Positions 18,565-27,317 of a stretch of 64,000 nucleotides of DNA are shown here, one piece after another. The notes below the pieces were generated by a model. The model worked only from the letters and a program-made list of their open reading frames with translations, ran no database searches and was not told where the DNA came from. Each line of letters begins with the position of its first letter. Within the stretch, counting starts at the first letter, position 1. The DNA lies in the NCBI GenBank assembly GCA_964540055.1, contig CAZILC010000007.1, positions 1,272 through 65,271 on the forward strand, written 5' to 3'. The position numbers were made by a program, and so were the translations under genes. The DNA is from an uncultured Gammaproteobacteria bacterium. Lineage in GTDB: Bacteria > Patescibacteriota > Microgenomatia > Levybacterales > UBA12049.

Positions 18565-19440
18565 ATGGTGATTGTATATGCGCTGTGTTTGGTAATTCTT
18601 TTTATACTTTTGAGCGTTTTTCTTTATTGCTGGTATAGAATTCACACGTCAATTTGTACGCATAATGCGGAAAGTAAAAAAACACCAAAAGATTACGGAC
18701 TACCGTTTGAAACAAGATATATCCGAACCTCTGACGGATTAAAGCTCTCTACCTGGTATATTCCTGTCAAAAAACCGAAAGCAATCGTTATTCTGGTCCA
18801 CGGATATGCGCCTCTGGATGGCGGACGGCCGTTGATGCTCTATAACGCGGAATTCTTGCATAATGCAGGCTATACGTCTTTGATGGTTAATCTGCGTGCA
18901 ACAGGTGAGAGTGAAGGAAATAAAAGTACTTTCGGAGTTACTGAGTGGAAAGATGTTGAGGCAGCTTATGAATATGTAAAAACACTTCCCGAAAGTAAAG
19001 ATAAGAAAATAGTACTCTTTGGTGGATCTATGGGAGCAGCAACGGTCCTAAATACTGTTGGAAAATTACAAATCGGAGATATAGTGATCGCTGCTGTTCC
19101 ATATGCGAGTTTGGCATCACTCTATCGATTTCGTTTGAAACAGGAGAAACTACCCCGGTTTTTGCTTCCTTTAGTGCTCTTGGCAGCGGCTTTTGAACTT
19201 GGAAAGTCGAGTATTCATTTCAATCCTGAGCGTTTCATAACAGAAATTCATAAACCCATTTTTATTATTTCAGCAACACGTGATGATACGGTGCATAGTC
19301 AGGACGCGATTAAATTATTTGAAAAAGCAAATAACCCAAAATTGCTCTGGGAAGCAGACTCGGGGCATCTGGTGGATAAAGATCAGCCTGAGGAATTAAA
19401 GAAAAGAGTCTTGGCGTTTTTGGGAAAATATTTAGATTAG
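18565..19440 (+). CDS. Alpha/beta hydrolase, N-terminal membrane anchor
   Basis: 291 aa. N-terminal TM, oxyanion HG (LVHGY), nucleophile elbow GGSMGA, later Asp (TRDD) and His (SGHL) in catalytic-triad order. Confidence 0.75.
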   Translation: MVIVYALCLVILFILLSVFLYCWYRIHTSICTHNAESKKTPKDYGLPFETRYIRTSDGLKLSTWYIPVKKPKAIVILVHGYAPLDGGRPLMLYNAEFLHNAGYTSLMVNLRATGESEGNKSTFGVTEWKDVEAAYEYVKTLPESKDKKIVLFGGSMGAATVLNTVGKLQIGDIVIAAVPYASLASLYRFRLKQEKLPRFLLPLVLLAAAFELGKSSIHFNPERFITEIHKPIFIISATRDDTVHSQDAIKLFEKANNPKLLWEADSGHLVDKDQPEELKKRVLAFLGKYLD

Positions 19441-19465
19441 TTGATTCTATTTGAAATGTATTCAG

Positions 19466-19494
19466 TTGAATTGTCATAGAGAATATCCTATAAT
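19466..19494 (+). promoter_or_regulatory. Sigma70-like promoter, leaderless-type
   Basis: TTGAAT-17 nt-TATAAT, then 8 nt to the ATG at 19503. Confidence 0.6.
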
Positions 19495-19502
19495 GCACAA
19501 GC

Positions 19503-20237
19503 ATGGAAGAATATACTCCCTATACCTATATTGTAAACGATGGACGGCCGGATCGTGAAGCAACTTTGCTCAGAGGTTATGGTGCATCCGCAATTAATCA
19601 ATATCTCAGTGATACAACTTTGACCGATGCTGAACGCAGTAATCTTCAACAGCTAGGAAGTTCGCTTAAAAAATTGAATCGAAATCAGGGACTTTACTAT
19701 GTTACTAATGATGTGGAATTTCACTCGATGTCCAATAGTTATACACCATTAGGACACGTAGATGCTATCTCTAATGCATATATAAAATTTTGGGATCCAG
19801 AAGCAGAAGAACCAAATGATTCATTATTAATTCGTGTTAAGAATCCTGATACAATTTATGAGCCAGATATTAGCCTTGCTTTTAGGCATACTACTCTTGA
19901 TCCTGAAATGAGAGTAGCAAAACTTCGCAGTATTTTTTGGCAACATGAAAGAAGAGACATAAAACCTTCCATAGAAATTGCATTAGTAAAAAAAGATGAT
20001 AAATCTATTAACAAGCATGCGGCAAGAATTAGATGGGAATGGGATTGTTGGAATGGCGAACATGGTAAAGTTGTTACCAGAGGATTTGTTCAGGGAGACA
20101 CTATTGGTTCAAGAGGACGAGTTCAAGGACGTAATGATATAATTCCCGATAAAATTCCTGGTATCCGAAATCAAGATATACCAATAGTTACATTTATAAA
20201 TATGCGAAGTGCAGTGATTTGGCAGGCGGCAAGTTAA
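19503..20237 (+). CDS. Hypothetical protein (orphan)
   Basis: 244-aa ORF with a consensus promoter directly upstream. No family recognised. Confidence 0.6.
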   Translation: MEEYTPYTYIVNDGRPDREATLLRGYGASAINQYLSDTTLTDAERSNLQQLGSSLKKLNRNQGLYYVTNDVEFHSMSNSYTPLGHVDAISNAYIKFWDPEAEEPNDSLLIRVKNPDTIYEPDISLAFRHTTLDPEMRVAKLRSIFWQHERRDIKPSIEIALVKKDDKSINKHAARIRWEWDCWNGEHGKVVTRGFVQGDTIGSRGRVQGRNDIIPDKIPGIRNQDIPIVTFINMRSAVIWQAAS

Positions 20238-20283
20238 ATAGCAGGGTTATTGACTTAATTAGTTTGATTTGGTAACATAAATC

Positions 20284-21951
20284 GTGCCCGATAGAAAATC
20301 GCAATCAGGTAAAACAAAATACATATTCGTCTCCGGTGGAGTCATCTCCGGCATCGGTAAAGGTCTCACCTCCGCATCAATCGCATTTCTTCTCAAACAA
20401 GCAGGCTATAGAGTCGCTCCTATTAAATTTGAAAACTATCTCAATTTGGACGCAGGTACCATTAATCCCATTGAGCATGGTGATCCGTTCCTTTGTGAGG
20501 ATGGAACCGAGGGCGATATGGATATCGGAACGTACGAAAAATTCCTCGATGAAGACATGGGGAGAGATAACTTTGTAACTATTGGAAGAATTTATCAGAC
20601 GGTTATCGATAGAGAAAGGCGATTTGAATATCAAGGTGAGGATGTTGAGGCGATTCCGCATATAACCGATGAGATCATAAGCCGCATTAAAAGTTTGGGC
20701 CAAAAGAAAAAAGCGGATATTGTTTTGATCGAACTAGGAGGAACAGTCGGTGAGTATCAAAACGTTTTATACTACGAAGCATCCCGTATCATGACGCTTA
20801 AAAATCCGGGTGATGTGTTACATATTCATGTAAGTTATGTACCGACGCCGCATCATCTTGGAGAACCCAAGACCAAACCGACGCAGCTGTCTGTCAAAAC
20901 GCTTAATGGTATGGGAATTCAGCCGGATTTCATCATTGCAAGGTCTGAAAAAAAGCTTGATCAGCGAAGAAAAGACCGTTTCGCGCTTTTCTGTAATATG
21001 CATCCTGAGGATATTATTACCAATCCTGATTTGGATACGGTGTACGAAATTCCACTCGTTCTGCATGAACAGGGTTTGGTAAATCGAATTTTGACGAAGT
21101 TCAATATGCCGATTCGCGAACCCAAACTTGCTGATTGGAGAAAATTTGTCGAGAAAGTAAAAGCGCCAAAGAAGAAAACACTCAATATCGCGATAATCGG
21201 AAAATATTTCGGGACAGGGGAGTATCAATTAAGAGATTCGTACGCCGCACTCTTTGATGCGCTGGATCATGCAGGATGGGCGCACAATGTGGCAATAAAA
21301 ACGCATTGGATAAATGCAGAAAAAATCACTCCTGAGACGGCCAGAGAAATTATCGGCAGACCTGACGGGTTGATAGTTCCAATTGGTTGGGGTGAGAGAG
21401 GTGCAGAAGGAATGATTGCTGCAGCGGATTATGCCAGAGAATATAAGATCCCATACTTGGGTTTGTGTTACGGCATGCAGCTTGCCTGTGTTGCTTTTGC
21501 GAGATCAGTTCTCGGATTGAAAGATGCAAATTCTGCGGAAAACGCACCCAAAGGGAAAAATCCGGTCATTTATCTGATTCCGTCTCAAAAAGCGATTATG
21601 AAACGCCGTGCATATGGCGGGACGATGCGGCTTGGCGGTTGGGAGGCAATTGTCAAAAAAGATACCAAAGCATTTGAGCTGTACAAAAAATATAAAGAAT
21701 TGCTCAATGAGAAAGGCCTGACCTCTGAAAGACATCGCCATAGATATGAGTTTAACAACAAGTATGCGGCTGAGTTTGAAAAAGCAGGTTTGGTAATTAG
21801 TGCTAGATCTGTTGAAGAGGGGTTAGTCGAAATCATAGAAGTTCCCGATCACCCATTCTATATGGGTACACAAGGTCATCCAGAATACAAGAGTAGACCG
21901 CTACGTCCTCACCCAATCTTTCAAGGCTTCATTGAAGCGTGTGCAAAGTAG
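20284..21951 (+). CDS. pyrG: CTP synthase
   Basis: 555 aa. KYIFVSGGVISGIGKG N-terminal synthetase motif and a C-terminal class I glutaminase (GLCYGMQ, HRHRYE). GTG start lies 5 nt after TTGACT-17-TAACAT. Confidence 0.95.
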   Translation: MPDRKSQSGKTKYIFVSGGVISGIGKGLTSASIAFLLKQAGYRVAPIKFENYLNLDAGTINPIEHGDPFLCEDGTEGDMDIGTYEKFLDEDMGRDNFVTIGRIYQTVIDRERRFEYQGEDVEAIPHITDEIISRIKSLGQKKKADIVLIELGGTVGEYQNVLYYEASRIMTLKNPGDVLHIHVSYVPTPHHLGEPKTKPTQLSVKTLNGMGIQPDFIIARSEKKLDQRRKDRFALFCNMHPEDIITNPDLDTVYEIPLVLHEQGLVNRILTKFNMPIREPKLADWRKFVEKVKAPKKKTLNIAIIGKYFGTGEYQLRDSYAALFDALDHAGWAHNVAIKTHWINAEKITPETAREIIGRPDGLIVPIGWGERGAEGMIAAADYAREYKIPYLGLCYGMQLACVAFARSVLGLKDANSAENAPKGKNPVIYLIPSQKAIMKRRAYGGTMRLGGWEAIVKKDTKAFELYKKYKELLNEKGLTSERHRHRYEFNNKYAAEFEKAGLVISARSVEEGLVEIIEVPDHPFYMGTQGHPEYKSRPLRPHPIFQGFIEACAK

Positions 21952-22653
21952 TTAAGCAGCAGGTGCATCCAGCCATTTAATGAAGTGAACGTTCTCTGAT
22001 CTTCGTCTTTGACCCGTTCTATCTGGTTCGTATGGTTTGAGGTCCCATTCATTTCTACCCTCATAGTATCTTGCCCATCCTGGCTGTTCTCCAAGCCACT
22101 CCGTAATTTCCCTTGGCGGATTTTTTACATGTAGTGCACCATATTCAACTCCGGGTACGCTAGTTGCCAGACGAGCAGCTCCTTCAAAAAAAGATGCTAC
22201 CAAACCAGTATCTATTCGATGTCCTAAATTACTATCTACTTCAATTTCCAAATGCGGTTCAAACTCTCCATGATCTTTAGGACTATGAACAATGATTGTT
22301 GTTGAAGAAGGCCCGCCAGTTTCGGTTCCTGAGCTATATGGAGTTGCAGGCTCAATCTCGATTGCGGGAGTCATTGAGGTTGTTAAATGCGTTGGCCGGC
22401 TAGCACCAAGTCTTTTTTTTGCCATGACAAACATAATTGGTTGATCTACTGATCCCAATAAATTTGTTGATCCGATATCGTTTTGTCCTGAGGGGGATCT
22501 AAGATTCCCACCACCTGCACGTAATGACTCGAGAAAAGCATACAATTCTCTTTGCAAATAAAGTCCTGATGTAACCGGCTCACTACTAACAGTTCTTGCG
22601 AGTGCTGCACCTGGTTCTACTATTCCATGGAGTTCTGGTCCGCCTTTTGGCAT
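21952..22653 (-). CDS. Hypothetical protein (orphan)
   Basis: 233-aa ORF, G/P/A/R-rich relative to its neighbours. Its stop codon abuts the pyrG stop with zero gap. Own promoter. No family recognised. Confidence 0.6.
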   Translation of the reverse strand: MPKGGPELHGIVEPGAALARTVSSEPVTSGLYLQRELYAFLESLRAGGGNLRSPSGQNDIGSTNLLGSVDQPIMFVMAKKRLGASRPTHLTTSMTPAIEIEPATPYSSGTETGGPSSTTIIVHSPKDHGEFEPHLEIEVDSNLGHRIDTGLVASFFEGAARLATSVPGVEYGALHVKNPPREITEWLGEQPGWARYYEGRNEWDLKPYEPDRTGQRRRSENVHFIKWLDAPAA

Positions 22654-22662
22654 ATTTCTCTT

Positions 22663-22701
22663 AATATATCATACTGATACATTATATTCAATTAATATAT
22701 T
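22663..22701. promoter_or_regulatory. Back-to-back divergent promoters in a 53-bp intergenic region
   Basis: Minus strand: TTGAAT(22686-22691)-17-TATATT(22663-22668), then 9 nt to the ATG at 22653. Plus strand: TATATT (22696-22701), then 5 nt to the ATG at 22707. Confidence 0.5.
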
Positions 22702-22706
22702 CTGTA

Positions 22707-23369
22707 ATGTCAATAAAGTTGTATACTACAGCTATGGCTGGTGGCGTGGAGGCTGGTCGGGGGCAGGCTGGAGAGAGGCCTGGTGAAGTTCGGTTTATGG
22801 GGCCGGTTATTTTGGTTCCAGGACAAAATTTTTATAATCAACCTCCTTTTATCGGAGAAATCGGACGCGTTGTAGGTAGTTCCAGAATGAATCCGGTTCG
22901 TTTTACAACGGCAGTATCACATCTTGTACAACCTGGAGTATCAGAATATCCTCAGACCTTAGCAGCGCGGGTGAAAGGCGCTCGTAATCACACAGCAGTA
23001 CGATTATTATTTTCTGGAAATCCCGGTAACGCAAGAGAATGCGATATGCTCATTGATCTTTTACGAGGTTTGTCAGGCTTTTCTCATTGGGAAGAATATA
23101 TTAAGGCAAAAATGGATCACTATATTTATAGACCAAGTGGGCAACATCATGAAAGTGCGAAATTACGAAAATATCCTCCTTCCTTTTTTGCCTGGGCTGA
23201 AGAGCTTCAGAGAAGAACGGGAGTATTGGATAGAGGTGCATCTATTGAAGCAATCGGTGATGTGTTCCCACAACAACTTAGAGGTGCAAAATTAGGTGAA
23301 GTTCTCCCGCAAGGCAAGAGAACAGTTCATAGAGTTTGGGTGTTTAGAAAAGCCGGAGAAGTCGGGTAA
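22707..23369 (+). CDS. Hypothetical protein (orphan)
   Basis: 220-aa ORF divergent from 21952-22653. No family recognised. Confidence 0.6.
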   Translation: MSIKLYTTAMAGGVEAGRGQAGERPGEVRFMGPVILVPGQNFYNQPPFIGEIGRVVGSSRMNPVRFTTAVSHLVQPGVSEYPQTLAARVKGARNHTAVRLLFSGNPGNARECDMLIDLLRGLSGFSHWEEYIKAKMDHYIYRPSGQHHESAKLRKYPPSFFAWAEELQRRTGVLDRGASIEAIGDVFPQQLRGAKLGEVLPQGKRTVHRVWVFRKAGEVG

Positions 23370-23370
23370 T

Positions 23371-23399
23371 TTGACAATATTCATTGTTTTTAGTATGTT
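23371..23399 (+). promoter_or_regulatory. Sigma70-like promoter, leaderless-type
   Basis: TTGACA-17 nt-TATGTT, then 6 nt to the ATG at 23406. Confidence 0.55.
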
Positions 23400-23405
23400 C
23401 ATTTT

Positions 23406-23777
23406 ATGGAAATGCTATTGGAAGTTATAAATGTTCCTGTCTCGGATGTAGACAGGGCAATAGAATTTTATGTTGAAAAAGTAGGATTTCATCTCGATGG
23501 TGATTGGAAAATGGGAGACAAACGGTATGTGCAGCTGACTCCTGTTGGTTCGGGATGTTCTATTGCAATCGGCGATGGGATTACGAAAGCAAAGCCGGGC
23601 TCGATTGATAGTCTGTTATTGGTCGTAAAAGATATTCATAAGGCACACGATGCACTAACAAAAAAAAATGTGAAGGTAACTGATGTTGAGAAAATGCCTT
23701 GGGGAGCTTGGCATGTTTACTTTAGTGATCCTGACGGTAATAAATGGCAGATCCAACAAAAGCCAGATAGACCATAA
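23406..23777 (+). CDS. VOC (glyoxalase/bleomycin-resistance/dioxygenase) family protein
   Basis: 123 aa. Paired beta-alpha-beta-beta-beta module pattern (VSDVDRAIEFYVEKVGF..., FSDPDGNKWQI). Confidence 0.75.
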   Translation: MEMLLEVINVPVSDVDRAIEFYVEKVGFHLDGDWKMGDKRYVQLTPVGSGCSIAIGDGITKAKPGSIDSLLLVVKDIHKAHDALTKKNVKVTDVEKMPWGAWHVYFSDPDGNKWQIQQKPDRP

Positions 23778-23826
23778 GATGGCCACCTCTTGTTTATCGC
23801 ACCGATTTTTTATATAATATAACCCT

Positions 23827-24111
23827 ATGTTGCAATCTGTTACATTTGTACCTGGCGATATCGTCAAAGTACACCAGAGAATCCAGGAAGGGGATAAGAC
23901 CCGTATTCAGGTTTTCAAAGGTGTAGTTCTTCAGATCCGCGGTCGTGGCGTTAACAAAATGTTTACCGTGCAGAAGATGGTAGGACAGATCTCAGTAGAA
24001 CGCATCTGGCCGGTCAATTCACCAAATATTGAAAAAGTAGATATCGAAGCACATTCCAAAAAAAGAATTCGAAGAGCAAAACTCAACTACCTCAAAGTCG
24101 CAAAAGTATAA
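23827..24111 (+). CDS. rplS: 50S ribosomal protein L19
   Basis: 94 aa. FVPGDIVKVHQRIQEGDKTRIQVFKGVVLQIRGRG...FTVQK...GVERIWPVNSP is the L19 core. Somewhat short at the N-terminus. Confidence 0.85.
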   Translation: MLQSVTFVPGDIVKVHQRIQEGDKTRIQVFKGVVLQIRGRGVNKMFTVQKMVGQISVERIWPVNSPNIEKVDIEAHSKKRIRRAKLNYLKVAKV

Positions 24112-24116
24112 AATTT

Positions 24117-25004
24117 TTATTGCACCACAATTAATGGAGCTTGCGGAGCCTTAAATATTTGATGATTTGCCAAAGTCTTTCCTTCAAACCTTCCAGCTTC
24201 GATAGTTGTTACTCTTCTCAATCCAAAATCAGTTTGAATAGCTCTATGAGCGTGTTCAATTCCTTGACGTCTTTGCGGGATAAAAAAGTCTGTAATAGTG
24301 TCATCTACCATGCTGCCTTGATTAACAGAATAAATTCCGTAGGGTGAAAGCATTCCAGCCATTCGTGTAATATCCGATTCAGGTATATAACTATGAGTGG
24401 AGACAGAGTATTTTTCATTAAGAAAATCAACATTTCCATTTAAATCCACCTGTGTTCTATTTGGAAGTGTAATCGTTTGCCTATGCAAGTTTCCGAATCG
24501 TCCATTAATAAAATGGATCGAATCACGAGCTGCATCAAGCTCTGAACTAATTCTATTAAGATCATATCTAACGGGTGAATTACCTCGAAGCCGCATAAGT
24601 CTGTGTGTACCAATTTGTTCTTCAGGCGTTGCCATGAGATTTGATACTACAAACGCAATACGACTATCTTCAACTTCTTGTTGCATTGTCATAGCTAATC
24701 GACTAAAAGTATTGCCTGCACCTCCGCCAACATCGAATATGATAACAGGAGAATCGGGTTTGGATTTTAACAATTGTTGAGCTGTATCATAGAGAAAGAC
24801 TTCATAGCCTGAAAGTGTGACTAAGCCGCTTCTTCTTGTGGAGACTTCACGTATAGGATGATAACCCGATATGACATTATCTTCAGCCTGATTATAACTA
24901 CCCAGACTAAATATTTTTCTTTCGCCACGTCTTCTGGCCAAACGTTCACGCTCAAGTTGTTTATATGCTCTATCTCTAAATTGTGGTGCAAGCTCGACAG
25001 CCAT
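24117..25004 (-). CDS. Class I SAM-dependent methyltransferase-like protein (orphan)
   Basis: The ORF-track start (25010) is TTG inside the promoter spacer. ATG at 25004 gives 295 aa. Motif I is VIIFDVGGGAGN. No closer family recognised. Confidence 0.6.
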   Translation of the reverse strand: MAVELAPQFRDRAYKQLERERLARRRGERKIFSLGSYNQAEDNVISGYHPIREVSTRRSGLVTLSGYEVFLYDTAQQLLKSKPDSPVIIFDVGGGAGNTFSRLAMTMQQEVEDSRIAFVVSNLMATPEEQIGTHRLMRLRGNSPVRYDLNRISSELDAARDSIHFINGRFGNLHRQTITLPNRTQVDLNGNVDFLNEKYSVSTHSYIPESDITRMAGMLSPYGIYSVNQGSMVDDTITDFFIPQRRQGIEHAHRAIQTDFGLRRVTTIEAGRFEGKTLANHQIFKAPQAPLIVVQ

Positions 25005-25010
25005 TGGCAA

Positions 25011-25038
25011 AGTATAGCAAAAAATAAATAAAAATCAA
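25011..25038 (-). promoter_or_regulatory. Sigma70-like promoter, leaderless-type
   Basis: Minus strand reads TTGATT-16 nt-TATACT, then 6 nt (ttgcca) to the ATG at 25004. Confidence 0.55.
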
Positions 25039-25051
25039 CTATTATAGGATA

Positions 25052-26056
25052 TTACGAAAAATATTGCAGAGTTTGTTTTAACTCATTTAAAGATGTTGCT
25101 TCCATTAATTTCTCTCTAAAATTTGCTGCTTCCGGGAAGTTTTGGATGTAGGTTTTGGCGAATTTTTTTAAGAGAGCGAAATGTTTGGTACCGTGCCAGC
25201 CTACTTTTTTTTCATTCACAGTTATATCCTCTTTGCCATCAAGACTCCATTGTTTTTCGAAAAGTGCAATGTGATGCAGAAAAAGACTGATTCTTTGTTC
25301 AATGGTTATTGTTCGCAGATCAATTTTGTCATTAAATAGCCACGGATTTGAGAAAATTCCCCGACCGATCATAAAGCCGTCGCAGCCATACTGCTTAAAT
25401 TTTTGATTAATTTCATCCCGTGATGTGATATCGCCGTTGCCAACAATAAGCGTTTCGGGAGCTAATTGATCTCGCAATTTCATAATTTGCTCCATTTTTT
25501 CCCAATGAGCGGGGACTTGTGAAAGCTCTTTTACTGTTCGGAGATGAAGTGTGAGTACGGAAATGTTTTGTTGGAGAAGAAATGAAATCCATTCTTCTAT
25601 GGTTTCTTTTTCAAATCCTATTCTTGTTTTGACACTTACTGGTAAATCGCCAGCACCTTCAATTGTTGCTTGAATTATTTCAGCAGCGAGTTTTGGTGTG
25701 CGAATCAAACCTGAGCATGCACCTCGATTTGTAACTTCTCTGACAGGACAGCCCATGTTGATATCAATGCCGGCAAATCCTCGAGTTTGCAGATCTTTTG
25801 CCACTTCGTAGAAATGTTCCGGTATTGTTCCCCAGATTTGCGCCACAACTGGTTTTTGTTCTTCGGTTAGGATTAGCCGCTCGGCAACTTTTTCTTTGCC
25901 TTTTGATACTAATCCATCCGTCATGGTAAATTCAGTGAAAAGCACATCGGGCTTGCCGATTTCTGTCACGATTTGACGGAATACGACATCAGTAACACCA
26001 TCCAATGGTGCCAGAACAGTAAACGGCTTTGGTAGATCTTTCCAGAAATTCTTCAT
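25052..26056 (-). CDS. dus: tRNA-dihydrouridine synthase
   Basis: 334 aa. LAPLDGVTDVVFRQ, DINMGCP and the TIM-barrel FMN-binding pattern of the Dus family. Confidence 0.85.
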   Translation of the reverse strand: MKNFWKDLPKPFTVLAPLDGVTDVVFRQIVTEIGKPDVLFTEFTMTDGLVSKGKEKVAERLILTEEQKPVVAQIWGTIPEHFYEVAKDLQTRGFAGIDINMGCPVREVTNRGACSGLIRTPKLAAEIIQATIEGAGDLPVSVKTRIGFEKETIEEWISFLLQQNISVLTLHLRTVKELSQVPAHWEKMEQIMKLRDQLAPETLIVGNGDITSRDEINQKFKQYGCDGFMIGRGIFSNPWLFNDKIDLRTITIEQRISLFLHHIALFEKQWSLDGKEDITVNEKKVGWHGTKHFALLKKFAKTYIQNFPEAANFREKLMEATSLNELKQTLQYFS

Positions 26057-26093
26057 AAGGCCCTATTATAGCAGGATATGGTATTATCGAGAA

Positions 26094-26888
26094 ATGATTG
26101 ATCAGTTTACGTTAAAGCTAATTTTATCGTTTGTTATTGGCGGCGGTTACGCGATACTTGCAACGGTGTGTGCTGACAAACTCGGGACGAAAATCGGCGG
26201 TTTAATTACAGGTTTGCCTTCAACAGTTCTGTTTGGACTTTTATTTATCGCGTGGACTCAGAATACTCAGGCGGCAGTGGAAGCGACTACTCTTCTTCCA
26301 GCAACCATCGGAGCCTCGTGCTTCTTTTTGATATCGTATGTCTATTTCCTTCGGTATTCAATTTGGTTGTCCCTCCTTATGGCATATATTGTTTGGGGTG
26401 TAATAACTTATGCTTTGCTTGTAGTGCATCTTACTAATTTTATTGTTGCGATCGTCTTATTTTGTATTAGTTTTTTCATTGCTTATATCGTCATTGTTAA
26501 AAAAATAAAACCCGCATCTGCAAAAGGAAGACCTGTTCAGTATACTTTTCCTTTGTTACTTTTTAGAGGTATACTGACAGGAACGGTTATCGCGTTTTCG
26601 GTATATATCGCAAAAATTGGAGGTCCTGTCATTGGCGGCGTATTCACTACGTTTCCCGCGATGATTTCCAGTGTGCTAGTAATTAATTACCTCTCACACG
26701 GACCTGCTTTTTCATTGGGAGTGGCAAAGAGTACACTTTTTGCGTGGATAAGTACAACTATTTATGTGATTATTGCTTATTACACAATGATTCCTCTGGG
26801 ATTGCTCGGGGGAACTTTAGTTGCTCTGGCAGCATGCTATATTAGCGCATATTTTCTATTAATTTATATTCTTCCAAAACATTCCTAA
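26094..26888 (+). CDS. Polytopic membrane protein with internal duplication (DUF3147-like halves)
   Basis: 264 aa with about 8 hydrophobic helices. The two halves share a G-x-GG(L/V)-TG/TT-P pattern (KIGGLITGLPS / PVIGGVFTTFPA). Extended -10 TGgTATTAT ends 6 nt before the ATG. Confidence 0.6.
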   Translation: MIDQFTLKLILSFVIGGGYAILATVCADKLGTKIGGLITGLPSTVLFGLLFIAWTQNTQAAVEATTLLPATIGASCFFLISYVYFLRYSIWLSLLMAYIVWGVITYALLVVHLTNFIVAIVLFCISFFIAYIVIVKKIKPASAKGRPVQYTFPLLLFRGILTGTVIAFSVYIAKIGGPVIGGVFTTFPAMISSVLVINYLSHGPAFSLGVAKSTLFAWISTTIYVIIAYYTMIPLGLLGGTLVALAACYISAYFLLIYILPKHS

Positions 26889-26916
26889 ATAACAATAGAT
26901 GAGCTATACTGATTGA

Positions 26917-27297
26917 GTGAAGAGAAATAATCTTGATCAGGGGAATCGTGGAGAGCAATTTGCTGTTGAATATTTGGTGAGTCATGGTTTTCAGATTGTC
27001 GAGCGGAATTTCCGGATTCGGGGAGGCGAGATTGATATTATTGCGAAAGAGACAGATCCACGAACTGAAGAGAAAACCCTTGTTTTTCTTGAAGTAAAAA
27101 CCAGATCATCGGGTGATTATGGAACGCCTCTTGAAGCGATTGGGTATTACAAATTGAGAACGTTAATTAAGGCAACGCAGTTTTATAAAATGAAACATCC
27201 CGGACTTCCTGATCTCATGCGAATTGATGCTGTTTTTGTACTCATAAATGATGAAGGACAGCTCATGGATATCGAGCTTGTGAAAAATATCAGTTAG
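26917..27297 (+). CDS. yraN: YraN family (UPF0102) endonuclease-like protein
   Basis: 126 aa. GEQFAVEYLVSHGFQIVERNFR..GEIDIIA...LVFLEVKTR core. GTG start 6 nt after TATACT. Confidence 0.8.
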   Translation: MKRNNLDQGNRGEQFAVEYLVSHGFQIVERNFRIRGGEIDIIAKETDPRTEEKTLVFLEVKTRSSGDYGTPLEAIGYYKLRTLIKATQFYKMKHPGLPDLMRIDAVFVLINDEGQLMDIELVKNIS

Positions 27298-27317
27298 GCG
27301 TATAATTAATTCTTACA

